Shown here in pieces: positions 24,199-25,975 of a DNA stretch of 25,975 nucleotides. Where the stretch lies: NCBI GenBank assembly GCA_023140035.1, contig JAGLML010000001.1, positions 1 to 25,975 on the forward strand, given 5' to 3'. The stretch is from Thermoplasmatales archaeon. Lineage in GTDB: Archaea; Thermoplasmatota; E2; DHVEG-1. A program made the translations under genes and the position numbers. Within the stretch, counting starts at the first letter, position 1, and the number at the start of each line of letters is the position of its first letter. The notes beneath the pieces were generated by a model, which was not told the origin of the DNA, searched no databases, and saw only the letters and a list, made by a program, of their open reading frames with translations.

Positions 24199-25975
24199 AG
24201 CAAACTCTCTGATTCTTTCTTTGGTTTTTTAGAAGAAATAAGACTATATCGTAACGGTAGACCTAAAAACTTCTCATTCTCCCTAAAAACAATTCCATTT
24301 TGCACAAAGTTTTGTAAAATCTCTAGGAGTTTATCTTCAGAAACATATGAAAATTTCTCTCTTACCTCCTGAAAAGTAATAACATCCATACAAGAAAGAA
24401 AGAGTTCTCTTTCAAGTTCATTTAGTATATAAATCATAATATTCTCAGGATTTCTCTTATCATAAATTTTAATAAATTCTTCGCCGTCTACAAAATAAAA
24501 AATAAGTGTATCAATTTCTTTTTGTGTTTTAATCCCTATCATTTGTAGTTTTTCCCGTTCATCTATCCAATTCTTCACAAACTGATCCCATTCATTCTCA
24601 CAGACAGCAATTTTTTTCTTATAGCTATAAAAGAAGCTCAAGCCCTTTTCCAAATACTCAATAGGAAACATAAGCTTATCAATAGTAGTGTACTCTAATC
24701 GTTCAATATTAAATAGGGCGGGATTTTCATAAATAGGACTACCAAAGCTCACTACGAAATGGCTTATATGAGGTGGATCTAGAAACTGCTTAAAAAGCTG
24801 AACATTTTTCTTTGTCTCCTCAAAATCAATTTCTTCCTCATTAGGATAATTAACAATGATATTATAACTATTTTTAATATCATTTTCCTTACAAAATTTT
24901 AAAGCAGCTATATTATCAATTACGCGAACGCCCTTATTGATTTTCTCTAGGTAATGCTGACTAAAGGTTTCAATACCTGTCTGAATTGTACTAAAGCCAG
25001 CATTCTTTAATAAAGTGTAATCCTCGCTTTTCAACTTACCTGCACGTGCTTCTACGTAGAAAGTAAAATCTCTACCAAGCTCCCTAAGTTTTTCAAATAA
25101 AGCCCGATAATTCTTTTTTGGAAGAGTGTTTCCAAGCAGTTGAAAAGTCAACATCTTGTACTCGTCTGACAAGAATATTATTTCTTCAATTAATCGGTCA
25201 AAATCTTTCTCCCGATACATCTTATGATAAGCTTTAAGATTACAAAAACTACATCGATTCCACCAACAACCGCGTGAAATTTCTATGGGAATTCTCCCGT
25301 AGAGGTAGAAATATTGTTGTATTTCCTCGGATGTTGATGTCAACTCCGAATAAAAAGAGGAAAAAGATGGAAAAGGAAGATTATTCAAATCAATGAAATC
25401 ATCTGATTTGTTCCAAATAATCTCCTCTCCAGCCCGATAAATTAAATTTGGAAGGAATTTATGATTTTGAAAATCAGAGGCGAGACGATAAAGAGGCTCT
25501 TCACCTTCTCCTGATACAATAAAATCCACGTATTCGAATGCCTCCAAGGTTTTAATTCCAATTTCATTTATGGTTCTACTACCACCAAAAATAATCTTCT
25601 TTTCTGGATCTAATTCTTTGATTTTTTTGGCAATTGCCAACGATGGAAGGAATTGTCCATAATTTAACGTAAATCCAATAATATCATAATCTCTCCATTC
25701 AACAGTTTCTATAGCCCAATTGTAAAAATTATCCGTCTGTTGTACATACCTTTCAAAAGTAAAATCCTTTTTGATGCCTTTGGATTCAGAGACCTGTTTT
25801 TCAAAATATTCTCGAAATTTATGCTCATTGGTTGTCCAATGATCTGGAAAAACATACTTTGCAAAAACCATCTGAGCAGTATATGAATCATTGGGGCTGT
25901 TAATTAATAAGTTGTAATTTTTTAACCCATAAAACTCAGCAGCCTTTAGATATAGATGCCTTGTTTTTATGTTGA
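24168..25975 (-). CDS. B12-binding radical SAM enzyme resembling RiPP-maturation C-methyltransferases; 5' end outside the window
   Basis: B12-binding-like GFTLNYGQ..SLAIAKKIK..IIFGG..VSGEGE; SRGCWWNRCSFC; QTGIETFS; C-terminal IYDKR..E..LF winged-helix-like segment; the frame is open for 34 more codons from 25871 to the window end. Confidence 0.85.
   Translation of the reverse strand, partial: NIKTRHLYLKAAEFYGLKNYNLLINSPNDSYTAQMVFAKYVFPDHWTTNEHKFREYFEKQVSESKGIKKDFTFERYVQQTDNFYNWAIETVEWRDYDIIGFTLNYGQFLPSLAIAKKIKELDPEKKIIFGGSRTINEIGIKTLEAFEYVDFIVSGEGEEPLYRLASDFQNHKFLPNLIYRAGEEIIWNKSDDFIDLNNLPFPSFSSFYSELTSTSEEIQQYFYLYGRIPIEISRGCWWNRCSFCNLKAYHKMYREKDFDRLIEEIIFLSDEYKMLTFQLLGNTLPKKNYRALFEKLRELGRDFTFYVEARAGKLKSEDYTLLKNAGFSTIQTGIETFSQHYLEKINKGVRVIDNIAALKFCKENDIKNSYNIIVNYPNEEEIDFEETKKNVQLFKQFLDPPHISHFVVSFGSPIYENPALFNIERLEYTTIDKLMFPIEYLEKGLSFFYSYKKKIAVCENEWDQFVKNWIDEREKLQMIGIKTQKEIDTLIFYFVDGEEFIKIYDKRNPENIMIYILNELERELFLSCMDVITFQEVREKFSYVSEDKLLEILQNFVQNGIVFRENEKFLGLPLRYSLISSKKPKKESESLLHNSGIKRTL

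Noticed and set aside
5432-25891. Remaining 60-134 aa track ORFs nested antisense or out of frame within the annotated genes
   Set aside because: All overlap longer motif-supported CDSs and show no independent coding evidence.
1-25975. tRNA/rRNA genes, integrase and att sites
   Set aside because: No T-loop/cloverleaf or rRNA signatures and no tyrosine or serine recombinase motif seen by eye; tRNAscan-SE/Infernal would be needed to exclude them formally.

Overview
AT-rich archaeal DNA, inferred to be Thermoplasmatota (possibly an MBG-D/DHVEG-1-like sediment lineage). The archaeal call rests on TFB, fibrillarin and TATA/BRE promoters. The lineage guess rests on my recollection of PQQ/PKD secreted proteins in that group. 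Core-like genes (M18 aminopeptidase, tfb-rlmE-polyprenyl synthase, flpA, gcvT-gcvH) are interrupted by three accessory blocks. (1) About 1.87-6.6 kb: a standalone caspase/CHAT-like protein, two winged-helix proteins, a divergent PRTase, a five-unit 16-bp TGA-N5-TCA array, an unannotated 51-aa zinc-ribbon gene and an ISH3/IS4-like transposase. (2) About 9.53-12.23 kb: an SDR plus a HEPN-like/NucS-like pair that appears frameshifted or chimeric, bracketed by copies of the GC-rich palindrome TGCCCATGGGCA. (3) About 18.1 kb to the window end: roadblock, FIST, two geranylgeranyl-reductase-like flavoproteins, an Asp-rich membrane protein, a small four-Cys peptide, a double Lrp regulator and a B12-type radical SAM enzyme (5'-truncated by the window). 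Block 3 is a candidate undescribed biosynthetic/signalling system. No rRNA, tRNA or CRISPR array was seen. All family calls come from motif recognition by eye, not database searches.
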